Part shown: positions 59,947 through 64,000 of the stretch, piece after piece
How the letters are laid out: each line of letters begins with the position of its first letter
How positions within the stretch are numbered: the stretch's first letter is position 1
NCBI GenBank assembly: GCA_949948745.1
Contig: CATLHA010000004.1
Coordinates: forward strand, 4,261-68,260
Direction: 5' to 3'
Source: an uncultured Bacillales bacterium
GTDB lineage: Bacteria; Bacillota_I; Bacilli_A; RF39; UBA660
DNA: 64,000 nucleotides
Position numbers and translations under genes: made by a program
The notes under the pieces: generated by a model
Seen by the model: only the letters and a program-made list of their open reading frames with translations
The model's database searches: none
Told to the model about the DNA's origin: nothing

Positions 59947-60824
59947 TGCAAGTACTAAATTATAAAACTAAAAAAGAGATTGAAGTAAAGGATCATAATC
60001 AAAAAAGTTTATCTTTCCTATATGAGACAGCAATAGGAAGAGGAATTTTAAAAATTCTTGTATATCCTTGGATAACAAAATTATATGGAAAATATAATGA
60101 TAGTAAATTATCTACTAGAAAAATAAAATCTTTCATTAAAAATAATCATATTCCAATGGAAGAATATGAAAAGCAAGAGTATAAAAGCTTTAATGACTTT
60201 TTTACAAGAAAAATTAATTTAGAATATAGAAATATCTCAAGAAAAGAAGAAGATTTTATTTCGTGTTGTGATAATAAATTAAGAGTCTATCCAGTAAATA
60301 AGGATTTAATCTTTAAAGTAAAAGGAAGCAACTATAGTGTGGAATCCATCTTACAAGATAATCTTCTTGCAAAAAAATATGAAGATGGATTATGTTTAGT
60401 ATTTAGACTATGTGTCGATGATTACCATAGATATATATTTTTTGATGATGGTGAGATTTTAAAAACAAGCAAAATACCAGGAAAATTTCATACAGTAAAT
60501 CCAATTGCCTATGAAAACTTTCAAGTATTTAGAGAGAATAATAGGGAATTAACTGTATTAGAAACAAAAAATTTTGGTACTGTAACCCAAGTAGAAGTAG
60601 GAGCCTTAATGGTTGGAAAAATAGTCAATCATCCAGTAAAAAAATTTACTAGAGGAGAAGAAAAAGGATATTTTAAATTTGGTGGAAGTACCATTATATT
60701 ATTTTTAGAAAAAGATAAATTAGAAATAGACCCATTAATTTTGGAATACTCAAGTAGGGGAATAGAAACAAAATTACAAATGGGAGAAGTTATAGGTAAA
60801 AAGACAAAAACCAAGGGAAGATGA
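59946..60824 (+). CDS. psd: Phosphatidylserine decarboxylase proenzyme
   Basis: SFNDFFTR, DYHRY, EVGALMVG, GYFKFGGST self-cleavage motif. Confidence 0.92.
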   Translation: MQVLNYKTKKEIEVKDHNQKSLSFLYETAIGRGILKILVYPWITKLYGKYNDSKLSTRKIKSFIKNNHIPMEEYEKQEYKSFNDFFTRKINLEYRNISRKEEDFISCCDNKLRVYPVNKDLIFKVKGSNYSVESILQDNLLAKKYEDGLCLVFRLCVDDYHRYIFFDDGEILKTSKIPGKFHTVNPIAYENFQVFRENNRELTVLETKNFGTVTQVEVGALMVGKIVNHPVKKFTRGEEKGYFKFGGSTIILFLEKDKLEIDPLILEYSSRGIETKLQMGEVIGKKTKTKGR

Positions 60825-60957
60825 TTTTTATATTATTTTCTCTTTTTATTTTGATATTTATAAAATATGTAAATTATTTTACACTTTTTGAGCTATGCTA
60901 TTTATTGTAAAAGAAAAAATTTAATGATATACTTTAATTAATAAAGTGGGTGGTTAT

Positions 60958-61872
60958 ATGAGATGCAAAAAGTGTAATGCAGAGTTAGAAGAAAATGCAA
61001 AATTTTGTTCCTATTGTGGAGAAAAAGTAGAAGATGAGATATTAGAAACAAAAGAGGATTATGTAGATCCATTTGAACAATATAGACAGAATCAATCTCA
61101 TGAAGGACAGTTCGAATATCAACAAAATTACAGTAAACAAGATGAATCAAAAGAAAAAGCAGAAACATTAGAACAAGAAGGATTCTTTTCAAAGAAAAAT
61201 TATAGTTTATTTGGAATTATACTAGCAATCCTAGCGATATTTGGAACTGTAGAAAAAGTAGCTTTAGGAGTTATTTTAATTGTTTTATCCTTTGCACTTG
61301 TAGTTATTGGATTTAAACATACGAAATTAGGTATGAAAATTATGTCTATTGTTTCGCTAATTTTGTCTACTATTTTAGTTATCATAATTTCAATTACAAT
61401 ATGGATTCTTAACTTAGAAATAAGATTTCCAAATGGTATGGTATTTACTCAAAAAGAGTACTTTATTAGTGAAATGAACAATAATCAAAATTCAGATAAA
61501 ATATATGGAATGTGGAAAACTAATTCTGGTGAAGTATTGGACTTAACCGCAGGATTTTCATATACAATATATGACAAAAAAGGGCAAGAAAAATTTGAAA
61601 ATGAATTTACAAAGATAGATGGATACGAAATCGTTGCAAATGAATTTATCTATTCAGATAAAGACTATTATTTTTATGAACTAAGAGAATCAGAACAAAA
61701 GCTAACGAAGGATACTAAAATTATTTTATGTCTAGATAAAGATGATTTTAATCGAATGGTAATTTATATGCCTAAAAAAGAAATTACGATTGAAACTAAA
61801 AGAATAAAATCACTTAGAGAAAATAATTTTAATGATGATATAGATGATGATTATAAAGAAATAATTGGTTAA
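60958..61872 (+). CDS. Zinc-ribbon membrane protein
   Basis: CKKC...FCSYCG ribbon, polar linker, three TM helices, C-terminal soluble domain. Confidence 0.8.
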   Translation: MRCKKCNAELEENAKFCSYCGEKVEDEILETKEDYVDPFEQYRQNQSHEGQFEYQQNYSKQDESKEKAETLEQEGFFSKKNYSLFGIILAILAIFGTVEKVALGVILIVLSFALVVIGFKHTKLGMKIMSIVSLILSTILVIIISITIWILNLEIRFPNGMVFTQKEYFISEMNNNQNSDKIYGMWKTNSGEVLDLTAGFSYTIYDKKGQEKFENEFTKIDGYEIVANEFIYSDKDYYFYELRESEQKLTKDTKIILCLDKDDFNRMVIYMPKKEITIETKRIKSLRENNFNDDIDDDYKEIIG

Positions 61873-61898
61873 TAATTTTATTTTGGGGGAAACAAAAC

Positions 61899-62825
61899 AT
61901 GAAATACTGGTGGTTAGAAAAATATCAAAACATGGAAGTAAGATTATTACCACAATTATTTTCTGAAATAGAATATTTTTTAACTATGCCAAAAAATTAT
62001 ATAAAAATATATAACCAATTAAGAGAAATTCCAATAGAAGAGTTAAATGAGGAAGAATTATGTATTATTTTATATAGAATTGCGATTACAAAAAATGTAA
62101 GTGATGAAACCTTAAGAAAAGTAATTGATAGACTGTTAAAAATTCCAGATGCATCCCTTCCAATTAGTGATTATACTTTTAATGAAATCATAGAAGAAAT
62201 CAAAAACTTGAAGTTAAAAAAGCCAATAGTAGAAAAGTTAGAAACTAACAATGTAGCGGCATGTTATAATTGTTTGAACATTTTCTATGTGGATAAAATA
62301 AAAAAAGCAAATAAAAAAGGATTGTGTCTTTGTCCATTTTGTGAGAAAGATAAACTTTATTTTGATAATGATTTAGTACCTATGAATTATAGCTTTCTAT
62401 ATTTAAGTAAAATATATTATGGAATTTCTAGTTTAGGATGTGACTTTTCTAAAATAAAGAAGTTAATTAAAAAGGGATTATTGATTAAAGAAAATAGTGA
62501 TGAACAAAAGGATGTTTGTGACTTAAATTTTTTAGAAAAGTATAAGATGGAAAAAATCAGGTGTGAAGATGAACAAAATATTATAAAAGATTTAGATGAT
62601 GAAATAAGAAGTGGAGAAAGTTTAGGACTTTATGAAAAGACGATAGTGATAGATTGGAATACTAATAAGAATATATTAGAATTATCCAACTTATTAATCA
62701 TAAGCTCTATTCAATCTTTATCCAATTCGTTTTATTTAAAAAAAATTAACTTGATTATAAACAATAAAGAAATAAGAAATTGTGTAAATAATATTTTACA
62801 TATATTAACAAAAAGAAATGTATAA
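61899..62825 (+). CDS. Hypothetical protein with central Zn-ribbon
   Basis: CYNC...CPFC; GGGGG SD. Confidence 0.7.
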   Translation: MKYWWLEKYQNMEVRLLPQLFSEIEYFLTMPKNYIKIYNQLREIPIEELNEEELCIILYRIAITKNVSDETLRKVIDRLLKIPDASLPISDYTFNEIIEEIKNLKLKKPIVEKLETNNVAACYNCLNIFYVDKIKKANKKGLCLCPFCEKDKLYFDNDLVPMNYSFLYLSKIYYGISSLGCDFSKIKKLIKKGLLIKENSDEQKDVCDLNFLEKYKMEKIRCEDEQNIIKDLDDEIRSGESLGLYEKTIVIDWNTNKNILELSNLLIISSIQSLSNSFYLKKINLIINNKEIRNCVNNILHILTKRNV

Positions 62826-62942
62826 AAATAGTAAAGAGAATATACTTTTATTTGACAAAATGTGACAAGTAAAAGTATATTTTTTGCATGAATAAAAAAA
62901 CTATGATATTCTTAAACTATAAGAATAGGAGCGTGAACATTC

Positions 62943-63245
62943 ATGGAAGATTATAGCTTAAGTTATGAACAAATCAATGAGACAATAACTTCAATTAATT
63001 CAAAGGCTGATGAGCTAGATCAAAAATTAGAAAAAATTGATACTATTTCAAATATGTTAGAGGAATTATGGAAAGGTAGCGATGCAGAACAATATGTAAC
63101 TGAAATTAGAATTTTTAAACCACAAATTAAGCAACTAGTATCTACTTACAAAATCGCAATGATTACACTACAATCCCAAGCAAATGTTATGCATGAAAGT
63201 CAAGACACAAACATAACAATGATAAATAGTGAACTTTCAATATAA
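62943..63245 (+). CDS. WXG100 (ESAT-6-like) type VII secretion substrate
   Basis: 100 aa, helical, central WKG, C-terminal HESQD (HxxxD). Confidence 0.85.
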   Translation: MEDYSLSYEQINETITSINSKADELDQKLEKIDTISNMLEELWKGSDAEQYVTEIRIFKPQIKQLVSTYKIAMITLQSQANVMHESQDTNITMINSELSI

Positions 63246-63255
63246 GGGTGATAAA

Positions 63256-64000
63256 ATGGCACAACAGACAGTATTAAATATTGAAGGAATCAATAATAGT
63301 AGTAATGAACTTAAAACCCTTTCAGCAGATGTAGCAGAGTTATGTAAGACAATGTATGATGAAATTAAAGCACTAAAAGAAACAAAAGAATTTAAAACTA
63401 TGAATGCATCAGAATTGTATTTTCAAACAATAGATAACTTAAATGGGGTAATTCCCAAATATACAGATGATGTTTTAAAATTTTCTGAATTTTTATCTAA
63501 TTATGTATTAACGAATTATGAGGAAACAGATCAAGAAGCTAAGGCTGAAATAGAAAATGATCTTGAAGAATCACTAGAACAATTAGAAAATGTAAATGAA
63601 TTAGGTAATGGAGTAAATCTTGATAAAATATCAGCAAGTGCACAAGGAGCATTAAATGGAGACTTTATTGATAGTTCTAAACTTAAAAAAAGTATGTTTG
63701 AAGATGGAGAACTAGAATTTAAAGTAAGAGAAGATGGATCAGTTCAAATTGTAAAGAATGGAACAGTTTTGGGATATACAACTCAAGATGGAATAACAAA
63801 CGGAAGTGTAAGTACTCAAACAGAAGCATCTGTAACACAGACAGCACCAACAGAACAAACACCAAGTGCTAATCCAGTTACTGAGGCAAGTACGGCAGCA
63901 AGTATAGGTATTGCAACAGCAACTACAGCAAATCAAATAGCACCAACAATTAATCCGGGTACAGTATCTTCTGGATATTCAGGTTCATTGCATACAAAAG
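63256..64000 (+). CDS. WXG100/LXG-like N-terminal protein, 5' partial (runs off window)
   Basis: Open from ATG 63256 (AAGGGTG SD) to the end with no stop; helical first ~110 aa with YEETD (YxxxD), then T/S/A/P-rich linker; absent from the ORF track because it is unterminated. Confidence 0.75.
   Translation, partial: MAQQTVLNIEGINNSSNELKTLSADVAELCKTMYDEIKALKETKEFKTMNASELYFQTIDNLNGVIPKYTDDVLKFSEFLSNYVLTNYEETDQEAKAEIENDLEESLEQLENVNELGNGVNLDKISASAQGALNGDFIDSSKLKKSMFEDGELEFKVREDGSVQIVKNGTVLGYTTQDGITNGSVSTQTEASVTQTAPTEQTPSANPVTEASTAASIGIATATTANQIAPTINPGTVSSGYSGSLHTK

Noticed and set aside
1321-63936. Numerous 60-115 aa ORFs antisense to or nested in long genes (e.g. 3321-3623, 12706-13035, 14145-14489, 28832-29137, 57149-57457, 63739-63936)
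   Set aside because: They fully overlap well-supported genes, lack SDs and have composition typical of shadow frames
1-64000. CRISPR array, rRNA, riboswitch, alternative genetic code
   Set aside because: No spaced direct repeats or long structured GC-rich intergenic tracts other than the tRNA; TGA is used as a stop (e.g. 9181-9183, 11937-11939) and Trp is TGG

Overview
Very AT-rich (by eye <30% GC) chromosomal segment using the standard genetic code, from a Bacillota organism. The gene set (PolC plus DnaE, PrkC/PrpC, CotE, CotJ, eroded Bacillus-type operons) suggests a reduced, spore-gene-bearing member of the Bacilli such as the RF39-like gut lineages; this placement is inference. Housekeeping blocks are the phosphoketolase 3' end, priA-fmt-rlmN-prpC-prkC-rsgA-rpe-rpmB, dnaE/polC, tRNA-His, miaB-ymcA-cotE, rpsP-khpA, cdsA-rseP and pssA-psd. 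Accessory content includes a Shango-type three-gene anti-phage locus (TerB-N/C, DUF2791 ATPase, Lhr-like helicase) inside an orphan-rich island, a thioester/Cna-B adhesin, a surface-glycosylation cluster and a WXG100 / type VII substrate pair at the right edge. The most unusual items are: (i) a 937-aa protein with a ~640-aa Phe-sticker disordered region fused to a single Clp/Hsp100 AAA+ module lacking the pore-loop Tyr; (ii) scattered orphan effector-like enzymes (HipA/CtkA-like kinase, gluzincin, ART-like, HAD-like), many ending in basic C-terminal tails; (iii) a CotJA-CotJB fusion. No CRISPR array, rRNA, transposase or integrase was seen. All family calls come from motif recognition by eye, not database searches.
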